Made by a program: the position numbers and the translations under genes. Shown one piece after another: positions 8,425 through 18,952 of a DNA stretch of 64,000 bases. The stretch comes from a candidate division WOR-3 bacterium (lineage in GTDB: Bacteria; Hydrothermota; Tepidihabitantia; SM23-42). The notes beneath the pieces were generated by a model. The model ran no database searches. It saw only the letters and a program-made list of their open reading frames with translations, and had not been told where the DNA came from. The stretch is taken from assembly GCA_020349965.1 (NCBI GenBank), contig CP070705.1, positions 759,569 through 823,568 of the forward strand, given 5' to 3'. Within the stretch, counting starts at the first letter, position 1. Each line of letters starts with the position of its first letter.

Positions 8425-9750
8425 CTATTCGATGAGCACGACCTTTTTGGTCTTGGGCACGCCGTCGATATTTACCTGAATGAAATAGGTGCCGGCAGGT
8501 ACAGGTCTGTTTTGTCCGTCCAATCCATCCCAATTTATCGTATGAGTACCTGCGGTCTGTTCGGGTTCGATCATCGTCCTTATGAGTCGGCCTGAGTTAT
8601 CGTAAATATTCATGCAGAGTTCACCCGGTCTTTGCATAAAGGTTTCTATCTGGCACGGTAGTACCAGCGGGTTGGGTGCTACGCCTATTGGTGAATCTTC
8701 GCCCATTGGTTTTGGAATGAGTTCGGCAATACCCACGGGGTCAGTGTATAACGCGAATGTGGTGGCGAGTGCAACACCGGCATCACCTCCGAAAATGTAG
8801 ACGAGACCATTCTCTGGGCTGTAGCTGCCGCACGAGCCTCGTCTCGGAGCGACCGTGCCTGAAGGAACAACCTGTTGCCAGCTGATATCCGTGAGATTCA
8901 GTGCATAGACATCGCTGAGCAGTATAATGTAATAGGGACTACCTTCGTAACCAAACCCCACTATCAAAGCATTTTGAACCTCATCGTAGGCACAGAATGC
9001 TTGTCCTCTGCACTGGGGTGTGGGGCCGCTTGGATAGAGTTGCTCCCAGTTCTCATTTCCATACGTTAGATCGAGTGCCCAGACATCGCTCATCATGGGC
9101 GTTGCACAGCCGCTGAATACGATGATGCGGTGCTGGGTTTGATCGTATACTGAAGCACATGCGCTTCTCGGTATTGGAAGTGGTCCCGAAGGCCCGAGTT
9201 GTGTCCAGGCCATCGTTGTGAGATCGAGTTCCCAGGTTTCGTTGAGGCGTATGCCACCGCCAATGTCGCCGCCAAAGAATATCAATCTGTGGCTGACAGG
9301 GTCATAGATGCCAGTAACCTCTGTACGCGGACAAGGCGGTGTACCAGATGGCGTGAGTTGTGTCCAGTATTCGGCGCCGAGTGTAAGGTCAAGCCTCCAT
9401 ATATCATTGTAGAAAGTATATGCACTTCTTCCGCCGAACATGAACATCTGGTTAGTGGTAGGGTCGAGGATCAGTGATGGGTTCCTGCGGGGCGGTGGCG
9501 TCGGTGAGGTAACCTCTACTTGCTGCCAACTTTCGAGGGACGGGTCGAATGCCCAGATTTCATCATAACAATCACCGGAAAGATTGTAATCCTGACCACC
9601 GTACATGATTATTCGATGGTTGACCGTATCCGAAATCATACTTGCCATGGAGCGTTGTGCAGGATAGCAGTCCACAACGCAGAGGCTGCCTCCATATAAT
9701 GCGTTTATCGCAATAGCACATACTAATACTACAACAGGATATCTATGCAT
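8425..9750 (-). CDS. Secreted Kelch-repeat protein with a T9SS-type C-terminal sorting domain
   Basis: It has a signal-peptide-like N-terminus and repeated Kelch motifs (…GG…W.D…W). The C-terminal ~80 aa (NIYDNSGRLIRT…GTYFIQV…KKVVLIE) fits the Por secretion tail / FlgD-Ig-like pattern. Confidence 0.7.
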   Translation of the reverse strand: MHRYPVVVLVCAIAINALYGGSLCVVDCYPAQRSMASMISDTVNHRIIMYGGQDYNLSGDCYDEIWAFDPSLESWQQVEVTSPTPPPRRNPSLILDPTTNQMFMFGGRSAYTFYNDIWRLDLTLGAEYWTQLTPSGTPPCPRTEVTGIYDPVSHRLIFFGGDIGGGIRLNETWELDLTTMAWTQLGPSGPLPIPRSACASVYDQTQHRIIVFSGCATPMMSDVWALDLTYGNENWEQLYPSGPTPQCRGQAFCAYDEVQNALIVGFGYEGSPYYIILLSDVYALNLTDISWQQVVPSGTVAPRRGSCGSYSPENGLVYIFGGDAGVALATTFALYTDPVGIAELIPKPMGEDSPIGVAPNPLVLPCQIETFMQRPGELCMNIYDNSGRLIRTMIEPEQTAGTHTINWDGLDGQNRPVPAGTYFIQVNIDGVPKTKKVVLIE

Positions 9751-9812
9751 ACCTACCTCCGGTGGGATTATAGTAGAGTGGAAATAATTGTCAATAGTGT
9801 AATTCTATACTC

Positions 9813-9840
9813 TTGACTTTTTTCCGCGTATTCATATAAT
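9813..9840 (+). promoter_or_regulatory. σ70-type promoter for the FG-GAP cargo gene
   Basis: TTGACT (9813-18), a 16-nt spacer, and TATAAT (9835-40). A GGGAGGAG ribosome-binding site lies at 9881-88, and the ATG is at 9891. Confidence 0.55.
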
Positions 9841-9890
9841 TACTTTAAAGGGGTTTCGACTTAAGTCTAAGTAAGCGAAAGGGAGGAGTT

Positions 9891-12011
9891 ATGGTAAGTA
9901 GATGTATTTACGCAGCTTCTGTCATGTTCTTATTCTCTTTTGGCCAGAGTGAGTGGGTAGAGACAACGCAGGGTGATTTTGCCGACGGTCAATTCGAGCG
10001 CAACATCTATGCATCTCATGCTGCAGGTGGCGCAGTGGAATTCGCCCCGCGGTTCGATCTCAACAATGACGGATACATCGATCTGTTCACTGCCGACCGT
10101 TCCGGGCCTTATGTCCGCATATATTGGGGAAGCGCAGGCGGATATTCGGCCGGCAATGTGCAGTTATTCAACAGCAGCGGCGGAGCAAACTGCGATGCGG
10201 CAGACCTCAATTGCGACGGTTACCCTGAATTCTTGGTCGCTCACTATCTCGAGAAGATTTCGATATACTGGGGTACGGCCGGTGGACCCGATCCAATGAA
10301 TTATACTGATCTGCCGATGACGGCGTGGAACCGGAAAGGCATATTCTCAGCCGACTTCGACAAAGATGGGTATCTCGACATTGCGACAACGCAGGGCATT
10401 GACCCCGACCACGGAGCGGTTTACTGGGGAAGTGACACCGGATACTCGGTCAGTGATCGTATCGACCTGCCTTGTACGTTTGGAAATCATAACATTGAGG
10501 TCGCGGATTTGAACCTGGATAATTGGCTGGATATCCTCTTTGTCGAGTACGCGGGTGGTTATGCAGGGCAGATCTCGATCTACTGGGGTAGCGTTAGTGG
10601 ATTCATTCCTTCCGCGGTCACGATCCTTCCCGGGCTGATAGGGAACAGCGGGGTCTCGGTCGCAGATCTGAACGGAGATGGGTATCTGGATCTCATCGGT
10701 ACCGGCTGGTACGATCCTAGGTCGTATATCTACTGGGGCACTGCAGGCGGATACTCCGTTGCCAATATGCAGGTATTGAGTCCGGGATACTGCTATGGTG
10801 GAAGTTCGGTCGCCGATTTGGACGGCGATTCCTATCTCGACATTGTCTATCACCATGGTGGGTATGGCGTCGATTACCAAAAGGTATACTGGGGCAGCGT
10901 CTCGGGTTACTCGAACGGCAACTACAGCGATCTCGGGATTCCCCTTGAAACATCGGGGGGACTTGTTGCCGATTTTAACGGCGACGGGCACCTGGACGTC
11001 TTCTGCAACACGAGAACTCCTGGATGGGAGAGCCACGTATTTTATGGGCCCTCTCATACGACGAGCCAGACGTTGCCGGTCTATCAGGATCATCACGCGA
11101 TGTTCCGTGAAATCGGCAATGTCTATGACCGTGAGTACTACGAAGACTATTTGTCTTCGGTGTTCGATGCCGGTGCGCTTACTGATTGGGGTACGGTCGA
11201 ATGGGATGCTGCGACACCCGGTCAATCGTCGGTTCTACTGTGGATCCGCACCGGCAGCACGGCTGTGCCTGATTCTACTTGGTCGAATTGGGAAACGGTA
11301 AGCAACGGCGGCCACATACCCGATTTCCTAAATGCTCAGTACCTGCAATATAGAGCCCGTTTATGTTATGACAATCCGTGTTTTCTGCCGGCGCTGAGAG
11401 AGGTTTCAATCGGTTATGGAACATCGACCGCAATCCTGGCTTCAGTGGCGATCAAACCCAGGACGATCAACCTGGGCAGTCACGGCATATTCACTGCATT
11501 CATAACCCTGCCGACGGGATATTGTCACACGGATATCGATCGCTCGACTGTCATGTGTGAAGGGGCAAATGCAGTTTGGGGTCATGCCACGCCCCCTTTC
11601 TATACGGCAAAGTTCAATGTGCAGGATCTTGTTGGGGTCGTTGCCGGTTCTTCGGTCACGTTCACGGTCAGTGGTGAGCTGAGCGACGGGACGGAGTTTT
11701 TAGGGTATGATACGGTCAGGGTCGTTGACCACGTGGATGGTGAGCAGGTCGAGTGCAGACCTAATCCCGTTTTGACCGAAGCCACCATCTCATTTTCGAA
11801 TATCGCCGATGAAAAAGTGGCGGTGAAGATATATGATGTCAAAGGGGCGCTGGTCCGTTCATTTGATGGTGTCGAGTGCATGGGCGGTTATGGCGGCATT
11901 ATGTGGGACAGACATGACAATAGGGGACGAAGAATGCCGTCAGGCATCTATCTTTTCATTATAGAGGGCAAGAGTACGCGCCTCGCTGAAAAGATAATTG
12001 TCATGGACTGA
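9891..12011 (+). CDS. Secreted FG-GAP/VCBS-repeat protein with a T9SS-type C-terminal sorting domain
   Basis: It shows repeated 'ADLNGDGYLD / YWG' integrin-alpha-like FG-GAP motifs. The C-terminal domain (PNPVLTEATISF…VKIYDVKGALV…GIYLFI) is typical of T9SS cargo. A GGGAGGAG ribosome-binding site precedes the ATG. Confidence 0.7.
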   Translation: MVSRCIYAASVMFLFSFGQSEWVETTQGDFADGQFERNIYASHAAGGAVEFAPRFDLNNDGYIDLFTADRSGPYVRIYWGSAGGYSAGNVQLFNSSGGANCDAADLNCDGYPEFLVAHYLEKISIYWGTAGGPDPMNYTDLPMTAWNRKGIFSADFDKDGYLDIATTQGIDPDHGAVYWGSDTGYSVSDRIDLPCTFGNHNIEVADLNLDNWLDILFVEYAGGYAGQISIYWGSVSGFIPSAVTILPGLIGNSGVSVADLNGDGYLDLIGTGWYDPRSYIYWGTAGGYSVANMQVLSPGYCYGGSSVADLDGDSYLDIVYHHGGYGVDYQKVYWGSVSGYSNGNYSDLGIPLETSGGLVADFNGDGHLDVFCNTRTPGWESHVFYGPSHTTSQTLPVYQDHHAMFREIGNVYDREYYEDYLSSVFDAGALTDWGTVEWDAATPGQSSVLLWIRTGSTAVPDSTWSNWETVSNGGHIPDFLNAQYLQYRARLCYDNPCFLPALREVSIGYGTSTAILASVAIKPRTINLGSHGIFTAFITLPTGYCHTDIDRSTVMCEGANAVWGHATPPFYTAKFNVQDLVGVVAGSSVTFTVSGELSDGTEFLGYDTVRVVDHVDGEQVECRPNPVLTEATISFSNIADEKVAVKIYDVKGALVRSFDGVECMGGYGGIMWDRHDNRGRRMPSGIYLFIIEGKSTRLAEKIIVMD

Positions 12012-12049
12012 ACCGGGGGAGGACCCGATTGTTTAGGGAGATGTAGCCG

Positions 12050-12490
12050 TCAGTCGGTCTTGATGAACTCGATCCCGGCCTCTTTCAGCATACCGATCGC
12101 CAGTTCATCAGGATACTCTTTCTTGTAGCATATCTTCTCGATCTTTGCATTGATCAGCATCTTCGTGCAGATGAAACAAGGCTGATGTGTTGTGTAAACG
12201 ACGGCGCCGTTCACGCTTGCGCCGAACGTCGCCGCTTGGAGCAGAGCGTTCTGCTCGGCATGGACGCCGCGGCATAGTTCGTGGCGCTCACCCGATGCCA
12301 CGCCCATCTTGCCGCGTAAACAACCTACTTTGTCGCAATGAGCAACGCCAGCCGGTGCACCGTTATAACCGGTCGCCAGGACGCGTCTGTCCTTGACGAT
12401 GACGGCACCGACTTGCCTGCGGAGGCAGGTCGATCGCTGGGCCACGAGTTCAGCAATCGACATGAAATATTCATCCCAGGGTTTTCTCAT
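12050..12490 (-). CDS. dCMP deaminase / ComEB-family cytidine-deoxycytidylate deaminase
   Basis: 146 aa with the zinc-binding motifs HAEQNA and PCFICTK. Confidence 0.8.
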   Translation of the reverse strand: MRKPWDEYFMSIAELVAQRSTCLRRQVGAVIVKDRRVLATGYNGAPAGVAHCDKVGCLRGKMGVASGERHELCRGVHAEQNALLQAATFGASVNGAVVYTTHQPCFICTKMLINAKIEKICYKKEYPDELAIGMLKEAGIEFIKTD

Positions 12491-12522
12491 CCCGTTCTAT
12501 CTCTTGATTCTCTTTCGGCGGA

Positions 12523-14943
12523 TCACACCTGCGCCTTGATCGGGGCAATGCTTACGACCGAGTCGTCTTTTGCCAGGGCGATTATTTTCACTCCCTTTGC
12601 CTGACGGCTCAAGACCTTCACCTCGTTTACGGGCGTCCGGATCACCTTGCCGACTTTTGTCATGACGATCAAGTCGTCGTCATCACTAACATTTGCCACG
12701 CCCGCTACTTTGCCTGTCTTCGCGTCGATGGTCATGCCCTTCATACCCTTTCCGCCGCGGCCTTTTTCGCCGATCGCATCGAATTTGACTCTCTTGCCAA
12801 TGCCCCGCTGGCCGACTATGAGCATATCCTCGTCGGTCCGTGCGATGTTGAAACCGACGACTTCATTGCTTTTACGGAGACCGATGCCTTTGACGCCCCC
12901 GGCATTACGGCCCATCGATCTTATGAGCTTCTCCCTGAACCGGAGTGTCAAACCATCTCTCGTAGTTAGTAATACCGAATCATTTCCCGAAGTGAGTCTG
13001 ACCGCGATGAGCCTGTCGTTCTTCGCAAGTTTGATTGCGATGATACCTTTCTTCCTGGTATTCTCAAAATCACTTAGGGACGTCTTCTTCACCTTACCCA
13101 TCTTCGTTGCCATGAACACGTAATCCTTGGAGGAAAAGTCTTTGATCGACAAACACGCCGTGATGTGCTCATTGGACGCAAGTTGAACGAGGTTGGCTAT
13201 CGAGCGGCCTTTGGAAATGGGTCCCGACTCGGGGATTTCATAGACTTTGGAAGCGAAGACTTTACCCTGGTCTGAGAAGAAGAGCAGGGTATCGGTGGTC
13301 TTCGAAACAAGTAGCTGGTAGGCAACATCCTCGTCACGGACCTCATGGATCTTTCGGCCGTGTCCTCCACGCGCCTGGTTCCGGTAAGTGGTTATTGGCA
13401 GCCTCTTTATGTACCCGCGTTGTGTGAGGCTTATTACCATATCTTCCTCGCCAATGAGATCCTCGATGGTCAGCTCCTCAGCCTCGGCATCGACGATGAT
13501 CGTGCGTCTCGGATCATGATACCGTTCGGCCAATTTAGTGAGCTCTTCCTTAATTACCTGATAAATGCCTTTGGGCGATTTGAGGATGGATTTTAGCCGG
13601 GCGATCTCTTTTATAAGGGCCAGATACTCATTCTCGAGCGTTTCCTTTTCGAGGTTTGTCAATCGAGCAAGGCGCATATCAAGGATCGCCTGCGCTTGAA
13701 CTTCACTGAGCGAGAAACGTTTCATTAATCTTTGGCGCGCTACGTGGGTGTCTTGCGATTTCTTGATGATCTTGACTACCTCATCGATGTTTTCGATAGC
13801 GACCTTCAGGCCTTCAAGGATGTGCGCCCTTTTCTCGGCTTGGGCCAGCTCGAACTTGGTCCGACGGCTGACGACATCGAAACGGAAATCGAGAAAGTGT
13901 TGGAGTGCCTGGCGAAGCGATAAAGTCTGCGGCGCGTCAGACACGAGGGCAAGCATCTGTATGCCATACGGTACCTGAAGGTTCGTGTACTTATACAAAT
14001 TGTTCAAGACGATCTGCGGATTTGCGTCCCGTTTCAGCTCCACGACGACCCTGATGCCGTCCTTGTCCGATTCGTCCCTCAGATCGGAGATATCTTCGAT
14101 TTTCTTCTGGCGTGCAAGATCTGCGATCTTTTCGAGCAGAGTACTTTTGTTCACCTGATAGGGAATCTCGGTTATGACAATGGACGATTTGCCGCCTTTC
14201 AACTCTTCGATGCGAGCCTTGCCCCTGATAATAATTCTACCCTTGCCGGTCCGGTATGCTTGTTTGATGCCAGCGTGCCCGATTATTATCGCGCCGGTCG
14301 GAAAATCCGGACCCGGCACAAGTCTGATGAGAGCATCGTCTTTTATTTTAGGATCATCGATCATAGCTATCAGAGCTCTGACAACTTCCCTTAAATTATG
14401 GGGCGGAATGTTCGTCGCCATGCCGACCGCGATGCCCGAAGCACCGTTGCAGAGTAGATTTGGTACATTGGCAGGGAGGGGAATGGGTTCTTTCAAGCGG
14501 CCGTCGAAGTTTGGAATGAAGTCGACTGTGTCCTTGCCCAGGTCTTTCAATATCTCCTCAGCAAGCGGGGTGAGTTTCGCCTCTGTATACCGGTAGGCTG
14601 CTGCCGCATCACCGTCGATTGAGCCGAAATTACCCTGGCCATCGACGAGGGCATAACGCATTGAAAAATCTTGTGCCATGCGTACCAGGGCGTCGTAGAT
14701 CGCCATGTCACCGTGGGGATGATACTTGCCGAGAACATCACCAATGACCGTTGCCGATTTCTTATAGGGGCGGTTTGGTTGCAGCCCGGCTTCTGACATG
14801 GCGTAGAGGATGCGCCGCTGCACTGGCTTGAGCCCATCGCGGGCATCGGGCAGTGCCCGGCCGACGATGACACTCATCGCATAGTCGAGATATGAAGCTT
14901 TTATCTCATCTTCGATATAAACATTGCTGATTCTCTGCTCCAT
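12523..14943 (-). CDS. gyrA: DNA gyrase subunit A
   Basis: 806 aa. The N-terminus reads '[29 protein letters not shown]', and the C-terminus has beta-pinwheel repeats. Confidence 0.95.
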   Translation of the reverse strand: MEQRISNVYIEDEIKASYLDYAMSVIVGRALPDARDGLKPVQRRILYAMSEAGLQPNRPYKKSATVIGDVLGKYHPHGDMAIYDALVRMAQDFSMRYALVDGQGNFGSIDGDAAAAYRYTEAKLTPLAEEILKDLGKDTVDFIPNFDGRLKEPIPLPANVPNLLCNGASGIAVGMATNIPPHNLREVVRALIAMIDDPKIKDDALIRLVPGPDFPTGAIIIGHAGIKQAYRTGKGRIIIRGKARIEELKGGKSSIVITEIPYQVNKSTLLEKIADLARQKKIEDISDLRDESDKDGIRVVVELKRDANPQIVLNNLYKYTNLQVPYGIQMLALVSDAPQTLSLRQALQHFLDFRFDVVSRRTKFELAQAEKRAHILEGLKVAIENIDEVVKIIKKSQDTHVARQRLMKRFSLSEVQAQAILDMRLARLTNLEKETLENEYLALIKEIARLKSILKSPKGIYQVIKEELTKLAERYHDPRRTIIVDAEAEELTIEDLIGEEDMVISLTQRGYIKRLPITTYRNQARGGHGRKIHEVRDEDVAYQLLVSKTTDTLLFFSDQGKVFASKVYEIPESGPISKGRSIANLVQLASNEHITACLSIKDFSSKDYVFMATKMGKVKKTSLSDFENTRKKGIIAIKLAKNDRLIAVRLTSGNDSVLLTTRDGLTLRFREKLIRSMGRNAGGVKGIGLRKSNEVVGFNIARTDEDMLIVGQRGIGKRVKFDAIGEKGRGGKGMKGMTIDAKTGKVAGVANVSDDDDLIVMTKVGKVIRTPVNEVKVLSRQAKGVKIIALAKDDSVVSIAPIKAQV

Positions 14944-15061
14944 TGTAGTATTATATCCAGAAAAAGTCGCCCGTCAATATGACCAAATGGCGAAAGCCGC
15001 GTATTTGAGAAGAAACGACCGGCAGTATCTCGTTTGAGAATGAACGTCTAAGGATTATGGA

Positions 15062-15898
15062 CTATATGCTGATTGAAGACGAACGTCTTCTGTCGAACGT
15101 GGAGGTTTCTGCAAAACCATAAGACCTCGCATAGTCGAAGGCTAGGGCCAGGTCTTTCGCGAGATCGGTGGGTCGATGGCTGTCCGAGCCGATGGTGATG
15201 CGCTTCAGACCGCAGTCGTGTGCCAATTCCATGAGAAGAGGTCCGGGGTAGAATTCGTTCATGAAACGCATACCGGCCGTGTTGATCTCGAGTGCCACGT
15301 CGTTTTCTACCATCAGTTGAAACACACGCGTAGCGGCATCACGGGGGAAATTGTTAATGGCCGGGCCGTAGCGGTCACGTCCATATTTCTTGTAAACGTC
15401 GAAATGGGCGAGCGAATCGAACAGACGGCTTTTGATCAAGGCGGCTGCCGTGGTGTAGTAATCCTCAAAATATTCGTCCATACCATGCCGGTCGAAGTAT
15501 TGCCCGCATTCTTTCGAGCTATCGATGCAAATATGTCGTAGGCAGTGGACCGCACCGATGACGAAATCGAGATCGACACAGTCGAGTACATCTTTTATTG
15601 TCGTCTCGATTCCTGGATCATATCCGACCTCGATGCCGAATTTCACGCTCAGTCCGTGTTCTTTGAACCGTTCTCTCGCGTTAAAGATTTCTTCCTGTAA
15701 TCTCAGGAGGTTCTCTTTCGAGAATGGCTCGCGTCCTCCATCAAACATGATGAACGAATCGTTTCGCTCGGGGTCTAGCTCGCAGTGATTCGTGAAGCAG
15801 ATTTCATTCAGGCCGATCTCGAGTGCACGGGCGCAGTATTCGGCGATTGTTCCCGAGGCATCGACCGAATGATCCGTGTGGACGTGGTAATCAATCAT
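15062..15898 (-). CDS. PHP-family histidinol-phosphatase-like metal-dependent phosphoesterase
   Basis: 278 aa. The N-terminus 'MIDYHVHTDHS' is a PHP domain motif, and histidine/aspartate metal ligands are spread through the protein. Confidence 0.75.
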   Translation of the reverse strand: MIDYHVHTDHSVDASGTIAEYCARALEIGLNEICFTNHCELDPERNDSFIMFDGGREPFSKENLLRLQEEIFNARERFKEHGLSVKFGIEVGYDPGIETTIKDVLDCVDLDFVIGAVHCLRHICIDSSKECGQYFDRHGMDEYFEDYYTTAAALIKSRLFDSLAHFDVYKKYGRDRYGPAINNFPRDAATRVFQLMVENDVALEINTAGMRFMNEFYPGPLLMELAHDCGLKRITIGSDSHRPTDLAKDLALAFDYARSYGFAETSTFDRRRSSSISI

Positions 15899-15964
15899 GT
15901 TGGTGGCGAGTGCTTAAGGTTTTGGGTTTTGCCCGCGCGTCGATTGTCCTTGCTGTTAGTCGCA

Positions 15965-16579
15965 TCAGGTGAGTATGACGTTCTCTCCCAGCGGCTCAAA
16001 GCGGTCGGCTTTATCCTTCAAATCGTAGGCAGTATTGTCAGGGAAAGCGAATATTTCGACACGCTTGTTCTTCGCCCTGATGAAGTCTACGAGCGGCACG
16101 AAATCGCCATCACCCGATGCTAGAACTATGGTATCAACGCGATCGAGTATGCCAAGGATATCGAGTGCTATTCCCATGTCCCAGTTTGCCTTCGCCGAGC
16201 CGTTTGCTCGGGTCCTTACATCCTTTGTCTTCACGATGTAGCCGATGCGTTCGAGGCTTGTGGCAAAGGGTTTGACATCACCTTCGGGCGGCTGGACGAT
16301 GTAGGCATATGCTTTTATGAGGTGCCGTGTGCCGGTTATCAATCTCAGGAGTTTCTCATAATTCACTTTCGCCGCGTATCCCGTGCGCGCCGAGTAGTAC
16401 AGATTCTGTGAGTCCACGAAAATAGCGACCGTTTCTTTGTGGACGAGTTTCGAAGATTCGATCAATTCTCTGAGGGCTTTTATCTCATCCTCGATTTTCC
16501 GCAGATACTTTTCTATCTGGCGCCTACACTCATCCTCGATCTTTCTGGCGATACGAGCGTCAAGATCATCACCATTCAT
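15965..16579 (-). CDS. NYN/LabA-like domain protein with an N-terminal coiled coil
   Basis: 204 aa. The motifs 'AIFVDSQNLYY … LASGDGDFVPL' are characteristic of the NYN (LabA-like) nuclease fold. Confidence 0.7.
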   Translation of the reverse strand: MNGDDLDARIARKIEDECRRQIEKYLRKIEDEIKALRELIESSKLVHKETVAIFVDSQNLYYSARTGYAAKVNYEKLLRLITGTRHLIKAYAYIVQPPEGDVKPFATSLERIGYIVKTKDVRTRANGSAKANWDMGIALDILGILDRVDTIVLASGDGDFVPLVDFIRAKNKRVEIFAFPDNTAYDLKDKADRFEPLGENVILT

Positions 16580-16628
16580 TCCAAGTCTCCCATGCGTTTG
16601 TAGAATCTCCAGGTATTGTATCGTTTAC

Positions 16629-17912
16629 TTACTGGATGAGTTCTAACTTATCGGCCGGCAGGTACTTGTACAATGTGGGCTGGCTTCTTTCGTCGATGGC
16701 GTTTGTCCAAACGAGGACATACTCATTCGTTCCCCGAATGTCGACGAATATGAATTGTTGCCCATTCGCATATTGCCAATGCTCGTAGGGTCTGGATTCC
16801 TGTTGTTGTAGAGGTAGTGGATGTTCGATTTCCTCCGGTTCGCCATACTGCACGTAGATTCGCCCGCGATCGGTTCTATGGCCGGGCGTATCTCCAATGT
16901 AGAAGTGTTCATCCGCATATTCGAATCTTGCAGCGATCGTTGGATAGTCATGAATACGCCAGAATCTGACGAGAAACGCCTCTTTCCCCTCCTTGGGGAG
17001 ATCCTTGAATTTTCTGTAATCTCCGGGAGCGAGAAAATATTCGATCTCGCCGTAAAACGGCATGCCCTGGTAGCTTACTTCCTGGCGCTGCACTCTGGAG
17101 ATGCTGAAAGGCACACCTTTTTGTGCTAGTGTATTCGCTTCCTTATCTTCCACGGCAACAGTCAACTCATATTCACCCGAAGGTATGCTCTGTATATCTA
17201 TGCCACAGTTGACTGCTTGGGCCGGATAGATCTTATCGACCGTCCTCGATACCCGGCGTAGGGTTCGGCCTTCGGGGTCTGTAATTGTATAAACGGCAGT
17301 GAGAGTGTCGTGGCCCGGAACGATATCATATAGTTCGTAGTAAAAGAAGAGATTTCTGAACCGGTCGTCGAATGAACGTGAAGGGTGCGGTACGACTCTC
17401 AAGTCACCTTTTCTAAGATTTTCGCCGACAGTGTCGACCGTTATGTCGCTTGCGAGACAGATGTCGCTCATGGCATAATCTTCACTGCGGATTTCGAGAG
17501 TGGATTCGGATACTCCGATTTTCTCGCCGGATAATATTTCGACGCGATACTTGAATCTGCCTTCGTTTAGATAGGTCCCGAATTGTACGAGAAAGGTGGC
17601 TTGTTCCTTTGCCGCAGTGGAAAACGATGGAATGGTGAATTGTCGGTACAGGGTGTCGACCAGTGAATCGGGCCGCTCGGTGTCGACGATCCGGAATGGT
17701 ATGATAGCGTTTGCGTAGATGATATCCTCGGTCGACTGATAGTGGAGTTCCTGGTAGGGAATCTCGCAGTTGAACTCCGCATAGTAGACATCAGCGGATG
17801 TGATTGTTTGGGCAACCGTGTCTTCTATCTCTAAACTGGTCTTGTAGACGACCGGATCGGTAAAGAATCTTATTGTGCTACCTGATGCAATCAATAAAAG
17901 TAATGTTATCAT
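16629..17912 (-). CDS. GWxTD-domain protein
   Basis: 427 aa. The C-terminus 'GHRTDRGRIYVQYGEPEEIE…YEHWQY…FIFVD' matches the GWxTD domain pattern, and the N-terminus is signal-peptide-like. Confidence 0.7.
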   Translation of the reverse strand: MITLLLLIASGSTIRFFTDPVVYKTSLEIEDTVAQTITSADVYYAEFNCEIPYQELHYQSTEDIIYANAIIPFRIVDTERPDSLVDTLYRQFTIPSFSTAAKEQATFLVQFGTYLNEGRFKYRVEILSGEKIGVSESTLEIRSEDYAMSDICLASDITVDTVGENLRKGDLRVVPHPSRSFDDRFRNLFFYYELYDIVPGHDTLTAVYTITDPEGRTLRRVSRTVDKIYPAQAVNCGIDIQSIPSGEYELTVAVEDKEANTLAQKGVPFSISRVQRQEVSYQGMPFYGEIEYFLAPGDYRKFKDLPKEGKEAFLVRFWRIHDYPTIAARFEYADEHFYIGDTPGHRTDRGRIYVQYGEPEEIEHPLPLQQQESRPYEHWQYANGQQFIFVDIRGTNEYVLVWTNAIDERSQPTLYKYLPADKLELIQ

Positions 17913-18952
17913 ATGCCTAACCCATCACGGTTAACAAGTAAATATTGACCGAATCCGTAGCGGTCAACAAATACGAACCTAAGATTGTTCTTGTAATAGA
18001 GCCACACTTCGTACGGGAAGGAATCCAGTTCGTACGGGAACGATTGAATTTCATCGGGGGGTCCGTACCTGACAAAGACCCGGGCCCGGTCACTACGCCA
18101 GCCGCGATCACCATTGGCGAAGCGTTCTTCTGCGTAGGCTATTCGCTCATAGTATTCGATTTCTTTTTCATTGTAGGCCGTATTTGGCGTCGGGTCGAAA
18201 TTCTTCCAGAATGCCACCCAAAGAGAATCTCGTTGTTCGACATCGGCTTGTTTCAGAACGTTCATTTCGGAGGGTGTCGCAATGTATTGAAGCTGGTCGA
18301 CTTTCGTGAACCAGATATTGTCATCCAGGTAAAAAGGGCGCGAGATCTTTATCGGTATGATCGATTCATCTATCTTCCCCGCGTTGCCGTAGACGTCGAG
18401 TTTCAGGTCATAGCCGTCTATAGGTAGACCCGCTACGTCGAATTCGATCGAATCGGGGTAAGTGCCTCGGCGTGCCTTTACTACGCTTTTCGAGTCGGCG
18501 ATCGTGGCTGCGATGCTATCGATATTGTCCTGCTGGTTGAAGACGGTGAATGTGAGTCGGAGTGTGTCTTCTTTTACCGACCAGAATATATTGGCCACAT
18601 TCTTAACTTGGATCAATCGCTGGGTAGATTTGAATATTTCACCGCCGTGCAGATCGAGAATCTTGAGGACAAAGAACTCGCTCTTTCGCGGAATGGAGAT
18701 CTTAACCGAATCTACGATATCGGCAGTATCGTTCAAGACGGTTCGGCGCCAGTAGTCACCGGTCAGTTGATTGGTTTGTTCGTCATACACCGTCACCTGG
18801 ATTTCATATGAGGCGAGAAAGTCTTTCTCTCTTGAGATATATTGAAGCTTACGTTCGGGTATGTTCAAATACAGCACCAATTCTTGTGCACCGTCATTCT
18901 GCACGCGGTTGACTGCTTGGTACTCGATTTGAAAGAAAAGGATAAAGATCAT
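17909..18952 (-). CDS. GWxTD-domain protein (paralog of the downstream gene)
   Basis: 347 aa. The C-terminus 'GWRSDRARVFVRYGPPDEIQ…YEVWLY…FVFVD' is a GWxTD domain. It overlaps the next gene by 4 nt. Confidence 0.7.
   Translation of the reverse strand: MIFILFFQIEYQAVNRVQNDGAQELVLYLNIPERKLQYISREKDFLASYEIQVTVYDEQTNQLTGDYWRRTVLNDTADIVDSVKISIPRKSEFFVLKILDLHGGEIFKSTQRLIQVKNVANIFWSVKEDTLRLTFTVFNQQDNIDSIAATIADSKSVVKARRGTYPDSIEFDVAGLPIDGYDLKLDVYGNAGKIDESIIPIKISRPFYLDDNIWFTKVDQLQYIATPSEMNVLKQADVEQRDSLWVAFWKNFDPTPNTAYNEKEIEYYERIAYAEERFANGDRGWRSDRARVFVRYGPPDEIQSFPYELDSFPYEVWLYYKNNLRFVFVDRYGFGQYLLVNRDGLGI

Noticed and set aside
10347-11225. 292-aa minus-strand ORF inside the FG-GAP gene
   Set aside because: It is antisense to a gene with strong repeat/domain support and has a repetitive Arg/Ile/Val-rich translation. 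It is a shadow ORF.
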